This document shows positions 1 to 14,310 of a stretch of 64,000 nt of DNA, piece by piece (the first letter of the stretch is position 1; each line of letters opens with the position of its first letter). The notes below the pieces were generated by a model. That model worked only from the letters and a program-made list of their open reading frames with translations. It did not search any database and was not told the DNA's origin. Source of the stretch: Candidatus Latescibacterota bacterium (GTDB lineage Bacteria > Latescibacterota > UBA2968 > UBA8231); assembly GCA_965248355.1 (NCBI GenBank), contig OZ252098.1, positions 896,001-960,000 on the forward strand, given 5' to 3'. A program made the position numbers and the translations under genes.

Positions 1-734
1 CCGGGTGGACCGACCGCCTTCTCCCATCGCGTCCACCACGAGCACACCGCCGATCTGGTTCGCGCCCTGCTGGCCGCCGCCGGGAATGAGGCCGAGGCCG
101 CCTTCGCCGCCGGCTGGGCCCTGCACGTGTGCACCGACGTGACCACCCATCCCCTGGTCAACCGCCGCGCCGACGACCTGCGGAGGGAGCGCAGTCGTCA
201 CCCCCCGAATCGCCTTGACCTCTGGCACAAGCGAGTGGAATGGGGGGTCGACTGTCACGTCCTGAGCGCCCTGGACCCGCGTCCCCTGTGGCGTAGCGAG
301 TTGCTCTTTCCGGGACCCGCCGCCGGGCCCTCCCTGTTGGCGCGCGCCGCCGGCGAGTCCTTCGGAGAAGAAGCCGACGACGGCGCTCTTCGCGCGGGGT
401 GGTCCTCCACCGTCCGCTGGGTCCGACGGCTGGGTCCGATCTTCAGCTGGACGGGGTCGTGCCGGTCCCCGAGCCGGGGCCGGCTCGCGGCCGCCGCCGG
501 GCCCGTCCTGGGCCCGCTGGCCAGGAGCGCGGCCCTCCTCTTTCAAGACCGCGAGAGTCGGGAGAACGCGGTGGCGGTCCTGTCGCCCGAGCCGCCGGCC
601 CCAGGTTTCGCCGAGGACATGCTGACGGCCGGCGCCGAGGCGGTGTCGACCTTTCAGCGGCACTGGCTCCAGCGGTTCGAGGACCTGCCCAACCTCGATC
701 TGGACACCGGCGAGCCGATTTCGGAGGAAGCGGG

Positions 735-738
<4 letters not shown>
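1..738 (+). CDS. Zinc-dependent phospholipase C / S1-P1-like family protein (5' truncated by window edge)
   Basis: Frame 1 is open from base 1: ...FSHRVHHEHTADLVRALL...AFAAGWALHVCTDVTTHPLVN...HKRVEWGVD, a HxxxD..H..H..E..D metal-ligand pattern typical of the Zn_dep_PLC family. Confidence 0.6.
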
Positions 739-5161
<4,423 letters not shown>

Positions 5162-5167
5162 CCGGCG

Positions 5168-6325
5168 ATGACCACCGGGCTCCTGTCGCAGCTGACCTCC
5201 CTGGTCCTGCTCGCCGGCACCGGGCTCTACCTCGCCGTTCTGGTCTGGCTGCTCACGGGGATCGGCCGCAGCCGCCGGGCCCGGAGATCGGCCGGCCCCC
5301 GGCCGTCGGTCTCGGCCCTCGTCGCGGCTCGCGACGAGGGCGGAAGGATCGCGGCCTGTGTCCGGGCCCTGGCCCGCCAGGCCTACGGCGGAACCGTGGA
5401 GATCGTCGTCGTCGACGATCGTTCGCGGGACGATACCGCCCGGGTGCTGGCGGCGCTGCGCTCGGAGTGGGACGGCGAGGCCGACCTGGTCCTCGTCGAG
5501 GCCCCGGATCCGCCCCGCTTCCCCTGCCCGAAGAAGAGCGCCCTGGCCGCCGGCATCGCCAGGGCCGGGGGAGAGATCCTGCTGTTCATCGACGCCGACT
5601 GCCGGCCGCCGGCGGACTGGCTGGAGGGGATGGTCTCGCGCTTCACCGAGGAGGTGGGCCTCGTCGCCGGCTATGCCTATCCGCACCCGGCGGACGACAT
5701 CCGGCGGCGGGCGCTTGCCGTCGACAACCTCGGGGTGGCCGCCCTGGCCGAGGGCAGCATCGGCATGGGCGCCCCTCTGGCCTGCACCGGGCGAAGCCTG
5801 GCGTACCGCCGCGCCGTGTACGAAGAGGTGGGCGGGTTCGAGGCGATCGGTCACCTCGTCAGCGGGGATGACGTCTACTTCCTTCGCCAGGTGGCGGCGC
5901 GCACCGGCTGGGGCATCCGCTACTGTGCCGACGAGTCCGCGGCGGTGCCCTCCGCCCCGCCCCCGCTCGGCTGGCGCGCCCTGCTGGATCAGAAGGTGAG
6001 GCACGCCTCCAAGGCGGCCCGCTACGAGGGCGGGGCCCGATGGCTCGGGATCGCCGTGTACCTCTACCACGCGGCGCTGCTCGCGGGCGGCCTGCTGGCG
6101 GCGGGCGGGATTCAGGCCCCCTTCTTCCTCTGCTGCTGGCTGACGCGCTGGCTGGCCGACCTGATCCTGCTGGCCCGCTTCGCACCGAGATCCTCCGATC
6201 GAGCCTGCCTCCTCTTCCTTCCGATCGTCGAGATCGTCTATATTCCCTACGTCTTGCTGCTGGTGCCGCTAGGACGTGCCGGGTGGTTCCGCTGGAAGAA
6301 CGCCGCCGCCGCTCCCCTCTCCTGA
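5168..6325 (+). CDS. GT2 glycosyltransferase, membrane-bound
   Basis: VAARDE, VVDDRSRD, KKSAL, FIDADC (DxD), SGDD, QKVRH; N- and C-terminal TM helices. Confidence 0.9.
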   Translation: MTTGLLSQLTSLVLLAGTGLYLAVLVWLLTGIGRSRRARRSAGPRPSVSALVAARDEGGRIAACVRALARQAYGGTVEIVVVDDRSRDDTARVLAALRSEWDGEADLVLVEAPDPPRFPCPKKSALAAGIARAGGEILLFIDADCRPPADWLEGMVSRFTEEVGLVAGYAYPHPADDIRRRALAVDNLGVAALAEGSIGMGAPLACTGRSLAYRRAVYEEVGGFEAIGHLVSGDDVYFLRQVAARTGWGIRYCADESAAVPSAPPPLGWRALLDQKVRHASKAARYEGGARWLGIAVYLYHAALLAGGLLAAGGIQAPFFLCCWLTRWLADLILLARFAPRSSDRACLLFLPIVEIVYIPYVLLLVPLGRAGWFRWKNAAAAPLS

Positions 6326-6341
6326 AAGCAAAGCCGCGCCC

Positions 6342-7460
6342 ATGGCCTTCCTGGTCTCTCCGAGAGCGGTTCCCCGCTACATCGAGCGCTACGGCTACGC
6401 CTTCTCCTGGAGACGACTGTGGAACTTCGCCAAGGTCCTGGCCTCCATGGGGGTGTCGTGGAGCCTACGCCGTCCCATCGTCTGGGGGCGGCCCTTCATG
6501 CTGATGGTGGAGCCCACGAACCTGTGCAATCTCAAGTGCCCCCTGTGCCCCTCGGGCAACGGCGAGATGTCGCGCGAGCGGGGCAGCATGGATCTCGGTC
6601 CCTACAGGAGGCTGATCGACGAGACCGGCGACGACCTGGTCCTCCTGCTCCTGTGGAACCAGGGAGAGCCGTTCATCAACAAGGGGCTCGTCGAGATGAT
6701 CCGCTATGCCCACGAAAAGCGGATCCCCACGATGACGAGCACCAACGGTCACTTCGTGCGCACCCGCGAGCAGGCCCTCGAACTCGTGGACAGCGGCCTC
6801 GACGAGATCATCATCTCCCTCGACGGGGTCGACCAGGAGACCTATGAGCGCTACCGCGTGGGCGGCAAGCTGGAGCGTGTCCTGGAGGCGGCGAGACTGC
6901 TGGCCGCCGCCAAGCGCGAGCGGAGTTCGTCTACGCCCCTGGTCAATCTCCAGTTCATCGTCTTCCGCCACAACGAGGACGATCTGGCCGAGGCCGAGCG
7001 CCTGGCGGGCGAGCTCAAGGCGGACCAGTTCCTGGTCAAGACCGCCCAGATCTACTCCCAGGAGGATGCGGCCACCTTCCTTCCCGAGCAGGACCTGTAC
7101 CGGCGCTACGAGGGGCTGAAGGAGGACGACAGGCCGCCCGCCGCCCAAGGGAACGGGCTGCGCGTCAAGGGACAACCGGCGCGGGGGTGCAAGGTCCTGT
7201 GGTACAGCTCGATGGTCAACTGGAACGGAGACGTGGCCCCCTGTTGCTTCGACAAGGACGTGGACTACCCGCTGGGGAGGGCCTTTCCCGCCGACCCGGG
7301 AAACGGGGAAGGGAGCACCTTCGGGGAAGCCTGGCGGAGTCGAGCCTATGCGGACTTCCGCCGCACCGTGCTCGGGGACCGCAGCGCCGTCGACATGTGC
7401 CGCAACTGCTCCGAGGGATACCGCGGCATGTTCTCGCTGGTGAAGGAGTTGCGCGGCTGA
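6342..7460 (+). CDS. Radical SAM protein with SPASM/twitch domain
   Basis: EPTNLCNLKCPLC (CX3CX2C), QGEPF, ISLDG; C-terminal C...GDVAPCC...CRNC. Confidence 0.92.
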   Translation: MAFLVSPRAVPRYIERYGYAFSWRRLWNFAKVLASMGVSWSLRRPIVWGRPFMLMVEPTNLCNLKCPLCPSGNGEMSRERGSMDLGPYRRLIDETGDDLVLLLLWNQGEPFINKGLVEMIRYAHEKRIPTMTSTNGHFVRTREQALELVDSGLDEIIISLDGVDQETYERYRVGGKLERVLEAARLLAAAKRERSSSTPLVNLQFIVFRHNEDDLAEAERLAGELKADQFLVKTAQIYSQEDAATFLPEQDLYRRYEGLKEDDRPPAAQGNGLRVKGQPARGCKVLWYSSMVNWNGDVAPCCFDKDVDYPLGRAFPADPGNGEGSTFGEAWRSRAYADFRRTVLGDRSAVDMCRNCSEGYRGMFSLVKELRG

Positions 7461-7479
7461 CCCCGCGTCTTTCTTGACC

Positions 7480-8682
7480 ATGGGCGTCGTCGCGGCGGCC
7501 CTGGCCATCTGCGCCGTCGTGTACGTGGCAGGTCTGCTGTGGTTCGCTCTCGGGGCGCTCAGGCCCCGGGTGCCCCCTCCGCCCACGGGGGGTGATCCAC
7601 CTTCCGTCGCCGTCGTCGTGGCCGCTCGCGACGAGGCCGGGGGGGTGGAGGCCTGCCTGGAGGCGCTGAGCGCGCAGACCCATCCCGCCGAGCGCTACGA
7701 GGTCGTCCTCGTCGATGACGGGTCCAGCGACGGCACGGGCGACCTGGCCCGTGCCGCGGCCCGGCGGCTGGAGGGGGAGGGCCCGCGGATCCGCGTGCTC
7801 GACGGCGGGGAAGGCTACGGCTCGGCCGGCTCCAAGAAGGCGGCCCTCGCCCTTGGCATCTCGGAGTCCGACGCCGACCTGATCCTCACCACCGATGCCG
7901 ACTGCAGGGTGCCCCGCACCTGGGTGGCCGCCATGTCCGGCGCCTTCTCCAGGGATGTGGGAGCCGTCGTCGGGTTCTCGCAGATCGGCCGCCGCGGCGC
8001 CGTGGACGGCGTTCTGGCGCGCTGGGAGGCCCTCGACTTCCTCCAGTTGATGACCGCCGCCGCCGGAAGCTGCGCCCTCGGCCACCCGATGGCCGCCACC
8101 GGCCAGAATCTGGCTTTCCGCCGCTCGGCCTACCATCAGGTCGGGGGCTACGGGTCCATTCTGCACCGGGTCTCCGGCGACGATGTGCTGCTCCTGCAGT
8201 TGATCCGCCGCGCCGGTCGCTGGCGCGTCGCCTTTTGTGACGACCCCGGCAGCCACGTCGACCACCCTCAGTCGGCGGGCCTCGGCGGATTCCTCAGCCA
8301 GCGCGCCCGGTGGGCCTCGAACGCCCCCTGCCAGAGCCGGCTGGATCCGGCCTTCTTCGTGTACATTCTTGGGACCTTCGGTCTCTCCCTCGGCTTGACC
8401 ATCAGCCCCCTCCTGTGGATCGCAGGTGTCCTGACCCCCGCGCAGACGGGAAGCCTGTGGCTGGCGAAGGCCGGCGCCGAGCTCGGCCTGGCTCTCATCG
8501 GGGCGGCCCGCTTCGGGCGCGGCGACCTGCTCGGGATCCTTCCCCTGTGGGTCCTGCTCCACCCGCTCTACACCACCGTCGTCGGGGGCCTCGGTTCCCT
8601 GGGCTTCTTCCGGTGGAAGGGGCGGTCCTTCGCTCTCGGACGCCAGCCCCGGATCGAGAATCCCGTCGGCACCGGCCGCTGA
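7480..8682 (+). CDS. GT2 glycosyltransferase, membrane-bound (paralog of 5168..6325)
   Basis: VAARDE, VDDGSSDGT, KKAAL, TDADC, SGDD, QRARW (QxxRW). Confidence 0.92.
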   Translation: MGVVAAALAICAVVYVAGLLWFALGALRPRVPPPPTGGDPPSVAVVVAARDEAGGVEACLEALSAQTHPAERYEVVLVDDGSSDGTGDLARAAARRLEGEGPRIRVLDGGEGYGSAGSKKAALALGISESDADLILTTDADCRVPRTWVAAMSGAFSRDVGAVVGFSQIGRRGAVDGVLARWEALDFLQLMTAAAGSCALGHPMAATGQNLAFRRSAYHQVGGYGSILHRVSGDDVLLLQLIRRAGRWRVAFCDDPGSHVDHPQSAGLGGFLSQRARWASNAPCQSRLDPAFFVYILGTFGLSLGLTISPLLWIAGVLTPAQTGSLWLAKAGAELGLALIGAARFGRGDLLGILPLWVLLHPLYTTVVGGLGSLGFFRWKGRSFALGRQPRIENPVGTGR

Positions 8683-8707
8683 GGGCAGGGAGGCCGCCGG
8701 GCCGCCG

Positions 8708-9640
8708 TCAGAGCCGCCCGGCAAGCATCTCCAGCAGCAGTCCGTAGCGGATGCCACGGGTCGAAACGATGACCCCGGGGCATCGCAACCGCTCGAGGCA
8801 ACGCCGCAACACGAGGGAACCGGCACCGATGATGTCGGCCCGCGCTTCGCTCACCTGGGGCAGGGCCTTGACCTCTTCGTAGGTCATCTCCAGCAACCAG
8901 TCGCTGAGGCGCCGAACGGCTTCGGCGGAGAGGAAGTGACCGTCGAGACCGGCGGCGTCGAACCGCGGAGCTCCGAGGTCGAGGGCCCCCAGGGTGGTGG
9001 TCGTGCCGGCGACGCCGACCACGGCCAGATCTTCGGGCAGTTCGAGGAGCTCCTCGAGGGCAGCGTCGATGACGGCGTCGGCGTCGGTCCGGTGGACGGG
9101 AAGGGGAGGCAGCGAGCCGAAGCAGCGCTCGGTGATCCGCACCGCACCCACGTCGATGGACTGCGAGCGCTCCACTCCGGCGGCGGAGCCGACCGCCAGT
9201 TCGGTCGAGCCGCCGCCGATGTCCAGGACCGCGTACCTCGCCGGGAGGTCGAGCCCGAAACCGGCGCCGGTGAAGGTGTAGCGGGCCTCGATCTCGCCGC
9301 TCAGCTCGGTGAGCTCGATACCCGTCCTCCGCGCCACGGCGTCGATGAACTCGGCCCGGTTGACCGAGTCCCGCAGCGCCGAGGTGCCGAAGGCGCGGAT
9401 CCGTCGGGCCCCGTGCGATTCGGCCCGCCGCCGATACTCGGCGAGGTATCCGCAGACGCGGTCGACGGTGTCCCCGGCGATTTTACGCTCGGCGTCGACG
9501 CCCCGGCCCAGGCGGGCGATGGCGTGGGCGTCGTCGAGGATGCGGACCGAGTTCCGGGGGCCGAGTCGCCCGGTGACCATCAGGATCGTGTTGGTGCCGA
9601 GGTCGATGGCGGACTGCACCCCGGTGGAGGGCCGGTTCAT
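8708..9640 (-). CDS. ppx: Ppx/GppA family phosphatase (exopolyphosphatase, single-domain type)
   Basis: AIDLGTNT, GTSALRD, LSGEIEA, DIGGGSTE, RADIIGAG, GIRYG; ATG overlaps the upstream gene's stop. Confidence 0.9.
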   Translation of the reverse strand: MNRPSTGVQSAIDLGTNTILMVTGRLGPRNSVRILDDAHAIARLGRGVDAERKIAGDTVDRVCGYLAEYRRRAESHGARRIRAFGTSALRDSVNRAEFIDAVARRTGIELTELSGEIEARYTFTGAGFGLDLPARYAVLDIGGGSTELAVGSAAGVERSQSIDVGAVRITERCFGSLPPLPVHRTDADAVIDAALEELLELPEDLAVVGVAGTTTTLGALDLGAPRFDAAGLDGHFLSAEAVRRLSDWLLEMTYEEVKALPQVSEARADIIGAGSLVLRRCLERLRCPGVIVSTRGIRYGLLLEMLAGRL

Positions 9641-10920
9641 GCTCTGGCCCAGCCCTCCTGGCCCTTGATCAGGGCGGTCAGCTCGGAGGGCGTCTGGCAG
9701 TGGAGAATGGCGTTCCGCGTCTCGTCGGTGTGCATCAGCGACGCGATCTGGCCGAGGACGGGGATGTAGGTGCGGTAGTTCTGCTGCGGGGTCAGCAGCA
9801 GGAAGATGTAGCGCACGGGGCCGCCGGGGCCGCTGAAGTCGACGCCGGCGGGACAGATCCCGAGGGACCCGATGATGCTCGGCAGGCCCGGCAAGGGGGC
9901 GTGGGGGATTGCTGTTTCCCTGCCGATGGAGGTGGAGGACTTCCGCTCCCTGGCGCGGGCGGCCTGGAGGACGGTGCCGCGCTGGGACTGGGGCACTTGC
10001 TTCTCCTCGATCAGGATGTCGACCATCTGGTCGATCGCTTCCCACTTGTCCCGCGGATGCAGGTCCAGCCGGATCGTGTGTTCCCAGAAGATACTGCTCA
10101 GACGGTTGCCGCCCGGTGACCGGGAGCGCACCATCAGCACCGAGCAGGGCGCCTTGTAGGCGATTTCGTCGGGAATGGAACCGGCCAGGAACTCTTCCTG
10201 CCGCCAGTCGTTGGAGCCTCCAAGCACGAGCAGGTCGTCCTCCCGGGAGATGTCGATCAGGGGCGCCACGACCTCGGTGGCCGGTACCACCTGGTGGGGC
10301 GCATCGATGTCCAACAGCCGCAGTTGCATCTGCAGGTCGTCCCGCAACTGGCGGCAGTACCGTTCGAGGAGGGGATCTCCTGGTTGGGGCCTGGCATGCC
10401 GCGCCACGCGCACGGCGAGCATGGCCGATGACCAGGTCCTGGCAAGGTGGTGGGCGACTTCCAGGCCCAGGAGCGAGTGGGTGCCTCCTCCGGTGGGGAC
10501 CAGCACGCGGCGCGCGGCCACGAAGCCCTTGTCCTTGAAGATCAGGGTGTCCACGTCCATGGACTTGGTCAGGTCCCGGTTGCGGGAGGAGAGGATGGTG
10601 GTCCGGTCCACGTCCCCCCGCCAGCCGATGAGCAGGAGGTCGCAGTTCCAGCGCTCGAGACCGTCCTGCACAGCCGAGGTCACCGTGTCGCCATGCACGA
10701 GGTGGGGGATGGCGTCCACGCCCATGGTGGTGGCGAGGTCGGCGGCCCCCTGCAGTTGTTCCTCCACCCCGGGATGCGGAGGTTGATCGGGGGTCACGAC
10801 ATGGGTGAGGTGGAGCTCTCCCCGGGGTTCCGTGGCCAGGGTGGCGGCCAGCCGGACGAGGGCGTGCTCCGTCGCCGGGTTCTCGAGGGCGACGAGGATC
10901 CGGACCGCGGATCTTGGCAT
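9637..10920 (-). CDS. Tandem universal-stress-protein domains fused to a PTS EIIA (fructose/nitrogen-type) domain
   Basis: RILVALENP...DLLLIGWRG (USP1); RVLVPTGGG...LLVLGGS...GSIPDEIAYKAPCSVLMV (USP2); RERKSSTSIGRETAIPHA (EIIA with phospho-His). Alternative start at 10989. Confidence 0.85.
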   Translation of the reverse strand: MPRSAVRILVALENPATEHALVRLAATLATEPRGELHLTHVVTPDQPPHPGVEEQLQGAADLATTMGVDAIPHLVHGDTVTSAVQDGLERWNCDLLLIGWRGDVDRTTILSSRNRDLTKSMDVDTLIFKDKGFVAARRVLVPTGGGTHSLLGLEVAHHLARTWSSAMLAVRVARHARPQPGDPLLERYCRQLRDDLQMQLRLLDIDAPHQVVPATEVVAPLIDISREDDLLVLGGSNDWRQEEFLAGSIPDEIAYKAPCSVLMVRSRSPGGNRLSSIFWEHTIRLDLHPRDKWEAIDQMVDILIEEKQVPQSQRGTVLQAARARERKSSTSIGRETAIPHAPLPGLPSIIGSLGICPAGVDFSGPGGPVRYIFLLLTPQQNYRTYIPVLGQIASLMHTDETRNAILHCQTPSELTALIKGQEGWARA

Positions 10921-11184
10921 GCCAGTCAATCGGGCGAGCACGCGCCGAAGGGTGCCGTGATCGCCGACATCGGGGGTTCGGGAAGGCATGGCGGAGGCGG
11001 GAGGCGCTTCATCCACCAAGGTTAGGAAAGATACGCAGAGGCCTGTGGGGTCGCCACCGGAATCCATCCTCGAAAAAGACCATAACTCAAGTGTTTCTTG
11101 GGGCTTGCGCCTGACCGGCCGGGGTTGCGGTGGGGCATGGCTCTGCATATTTTCCCGACGGACCAGAGCAAGCGAGCTGCATCG

Positions 11185-11871
11185 ATGGCCGTCGTGACCG
11201 TTGCTCGTCAGTTGGGAAGCGGTGGAGACCGCATCGCCGAGAGAGTTGCCGGCGTCCTCGCCTACGAGCACGTCGACCGGCGGCTCGTCGAGGAGATCGC
11301 GAACATCACCGACACCTCTCCCGAGGAAGTGGAGAAGTACGACGAAAAGGGGGAAGGGAGGGTTCGCTATTTCCTGAAGCGTCTCCTCGTTCCGGAGATG
11401 CCCCCCGGAGGATTCCCCCTCTCTTCGGCAGCTTACTTCCCCGAGTTCGGCCTCGAGTTCCCCTATGTCATGGAACGGGCCGGCGCCGAGCGGCCCACCT
11501 ACCTCGATCGGGGCACCTATCAGCTGCTGATCACCACCCTGGTCCAGGACTTCGGGGAGACGGGCAAGGCGGTCGTCGTCGGCCGCGCGAGCCAGGTGAT
11601 CCTGGCCCAGAATCCCCAGGCCCTGCACGTGAAGATCATCGCCCCCTTCGACCTGCGCTGCGAGCGGGTTCGGGAGACTCAGGAAGTAACCTCCGAGCAG
11701 GCGCAGGAGCTGGTGCAGCAGCACGACCGCTGGCGCAAGCTGTATCTGCGCAACCATCACGACGCCGACTGGGACGATCTGCTCCTCTATCACCTCACCA
11801 TAAACACCGGCAAGGTCGATCCGGAGGACGCCGTCGACCTCATCGTCAGGTACGCGACCCGCCAGGGCTGA
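11185..11871 (+). CDS. Cytidylate kinase-like family protein
   Basis: VVTVARQLGSGG..IA, VVVGRAS, DRWRKLY, YHLTINT. Confidence 0.85.
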   Translation: MAVVTVARQLGSGGDRIAERVAGVLAYEHVDRRLVEEIANITDTSPEEVEKYDEKGEGRVRYFLKRLLVPEMPPGGFPLSSAAYFPEFGLEFPYVMERAGAERPTYLDRGTYQLLITTLVQDFGETGKAVVVGRASQVILAQNPQALHVKIIAPFDLRCERVRETQEVTSEQAQELVQQHDRWRKLYLRNHHDADWDDLLLYHLTINTGKVDPEDAVDLIVRYATRQG

Positions 11872-11966
11872 AGCGCCTTTCATGGGGAGTCGCTCCTCCG
11901 AGGTCCGGCTCCCTTGAGGGTGGAGGGCCGGATGGACCCTTGTCGACGGACATCCGGGAGACGGAA

Positions 11967-13100
11967 ATGGGAAAGCTCAAGGTGGGACTGATCGGGGGCG
12001 GCGGCCCCGGCAACTTCTTCGGACACGTGCACAAGCGCGCCATCGCCTTGGACAACAGCCGGGAGCTGGTCGCCGGGGCCCTGCGCAGCGATCCCGAGGC
12101 GGCCATGGCGGCGGCCGCGGAGTATGACGTGACGGGCTACCCAAGTCATGAAGCCCTGCTCGAGGCCGTCCAGAAAGGCGACCAGGCCCTCGACTACGTG
12201 ACCATCGTAACCCCGAATTTTGCGCACTACGAGCCGGCCAGGGCTTTTGTCGACGCGGGCATTCCCGTGCTCTGTGAAAAGCCGATCACCATGACCGTCG
12301 AGGAGGCCGAGGACCTGCAGCGCCGAGTCGAGGCGCGGGGAGTTCCCTTCATCCTGGCGCACACCTACACCGGCCACCCGATGATGATGCTGGCCAAGGA
12401 ACTGGTGCGGCGGGGCCGGATCGGCCAGGTGCGCAAGATCGAGGCGTTCTACAACCAGGGTTGGCTGGCCACCTCGCTGGAGAAGGAGGGACTGCAACAA
12501 GCCGAGTGGCGCACCGACCCGGGGCGAACCGGTATCTCCAACTGCGGTGGCGATATCGGCACCCACGCCTTCATCGCCGCCACATGGGTCAGCGGCCACT
12601 CTGCAAAACGGGTATCGGCGCGCCTCAACAGGTTCGTCGAAGGCCGCGTCCTCGACGACGACTTCAACGTCATCGCCGAGCTCGACAACGGCGGCACGGC
12701 ATTGATCACGGCCACGCAGATCGCCGTCGGTTACAAGAACGACCACGGCCTGCGCATCTACGGCAGCGAGGGCTCGATCGAATGGCACCAGGAACGCGCC
12801 GAGTCCCTGCTCCTGCGTACCGGGGAGGTGGACGAGACCTTCTGGATCGGGGGGGGCTTCTCCTTCTTCCCCGATTCGGTGGCCTCCTATCTGCGCCTTC
12901 CCTCCGGTCACCACGAGGACTTCTTCGGGGCTCTGGCCAATCTGCACACCTCTCTGGAACGCGTCATCCGCAGGCGCCGCGGCGACGAGGCGCCGGAAGC
13001 CTTTGACCATCCGGGCGTAGCCGAGGGCGTGTCCGGGATGCGTTTCGTGAAGGCCGCCGTGGACAGCTCCGCCAACGGGGGAGCCTGGACGGATGTGTGA
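11967..13100 (+). CDS. Gfo/Idh/MocA family oxidoreductase
   Basis: KVGLIGGG, IVTPNFAH, VLCEKP, GDIGTHA, LPSGHHE. Confidence 0.92.
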   Translation: MGKLKVGLIGGGGPGNFFGHVHKRAIALDNSRELVAGALRSDPEAAMAAAAEYDVTGYPSHEALLEAVQKGDQALDYVTIVTPNFAHYEPARAFVDAGIPVLCEKPITMTVEEAEDLQRRVEARGVPFILAHTYTGHPMMMLAKELVRRGRIGQVRKIEAFYNQGWLATSLEKEGLQQAEWRTDPGRTGISNCGGDIGTHAFIAATWVSGHSAKRVSARLNRFVEGRVLDDDFNVIAELDNGGTALITATQIAVGYKNDHGLRIYGSEGSIEWHQERAESLLLRTGEVDETFWIGGGFSFFPDSVASYLRLPSGHHEDFFGALANLHTSLERVIRRRRGDEAPEAFDHPGVAEGVSGMRFVKAAVDSSANGGAWTDV

Positions 13101-13198
13101 GTCGCCGGCGGAGGGGGTGTTTCCGGGGTGGGGCTTTGGGGCCGCGGGCCGTTTCGGCCGTGGTTGTGCCTCGGACCCGTCCAGGGCCGCCCCGGTGC

Positions 13199-13227
13199 TT
13201 GCTCCACGCGCCTGAGTATCCTATCTT
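13199..13227 (+). promoter_or_regulatory. Putative sigma70-type promoter
   Basis: TTGCTC-N17-TATCTT about 80 nt upstream of a GGAGG RBS and the ATG at 13307. Confidence 0.5.
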
Positions 13228-13306
13228 GACCCGAAGTTTCAGCCGGTCCGAGTCGCCCGGATCGGTCACGGACGTTGCGAACCACGAGGCTTGAGGAGGC
13301 TTTCCC

Positions 13307-14242
13307 ATGCGCTGGCATCTTTGTTCTCTGATGGGCGCGGTCATCGGTCTGGCCCTCGCGTCAGGAGCCGATGCGGTGGTGAACATCCAGAATCTGGGGG
13401 CCGGCGCCCGGTCGGCCTCCCTCGGCAACGCCTTCGTGGCGGTGGCCGACAACGGCGATGCGATGTTCGCCAACCCGGCCGGTCTGGCGACCTTGTCGGG
13501 ACGTCAGCTGGCCTACACGAACGTGTCGCTGTTGCACTCGGGTCTCGACGACGACGACCTGGGTCAGCACGTGGTGTCGCTGACGCAGCCGTTGGGCGGG
13601 CGCCTGGCGCTGGGCGTGGGCTACGAGCGCATCGGCTCGGACCAGATGTCGGAGAACGGCGCGTTTCTGGGGCTGGGCTATCGCCTGAGCCGCGACCTGC
13701 ATCTGGGTCTGACGGGCAAGTACGTGTTCTGGCAGGTGGCCGCCTTCGACAGCAACGACCCGGTGTCGGGGCAGAGCGCGGGCTCTGTGGGCGCCGACGT
13801 GGGGCTGCTCTGGCGGACGCCTTTCCGGGGGGCGCGGCTGGGGGTGCAGCTGAAGAACGCGCTGCAGCCGAACGCCACCTGTGACTGTGCGGCCAACGGC
13901 GCGTCTCTGGCGTCGGGGGCCGGGGACCTTCCGATGGATCTGTCGGTGGGTCTGAGCCACCGCCGGGACCAGATGCTGTTGTCGGTTCAGTGGACGGTGC
14001 GGGACGTGGGCGGCGACGGTTCGGAGAGCCGTCTGGTGGTGGGCGGGGAGACGAGCCTGGTGGAGGGCTTGATGCTTCGCGCCGGTGGCAGCCGCATCTT
14101 CGAGGAGGACGCCCAGGGCGATCTGAACGCGGGATTGGGCTATCGCTGGAAGAAGATGCTGTTCGACTACGGCTACCACATCCCCCTCGACCTGGCCGAG
14201 GCCAACGGTTCCCACCGCTTCTCCCTGGCCTGGCAACTCTAA
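13307..14242 (+). CDS. PorV/PorQ (UPF0164)-like outer-membrane beta-barrel
   Basis: Signal peptide; GARSASLGNAFVAVADNGDAMFANPAGL family motif; alternating beta-strand pattern; C-terminal HRFSLAWQL. Confidence 0.8.
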   Translation: MRWHLCSLMGAVIGLALASGADAVVNIQNLGAGARSASLGNAFVAVADNGDAMFANPAGLATLSGRQLAYTNVSLLHSGLDDDDLGQHVVSLTQPLGGRLALGVGYERIGSDQMSENGAFLGLGYRLSRDLHLGLTGKYVFWQVAAFDSNDPVSGQSAGSVGADVGLLWRTPFRGARLGVQLKNALQPNATCDCAANGASLASGAGDLPMDLSVGLSHRRDQMLLSVQWTVRDVGGDGSESRLVVGGETSLVEGLMLRAGGSRIFEEDAQGDLNAGLGYRWKKMLFDYGYHIPLDLAEANGSHRFSLAWQL

Positions 14243-14274
14243 CCGGGCGGGAATCAGGAATCAGGGGTTCCACA

Positions 14275-14308
14275 GCGGGCCGTCCCTTCCGGGGCGGCCC
14301 GTTTTTTT
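14275..14308 (+). terminator. Rho-independent terminator
   Basis: GCGGGCCGTCCC-TTCC-GGGGCGGCCCGT hairpin followed by a T run, between convergent genes. Confidence 0.85.
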
Positions 14309-14310
14309 GC

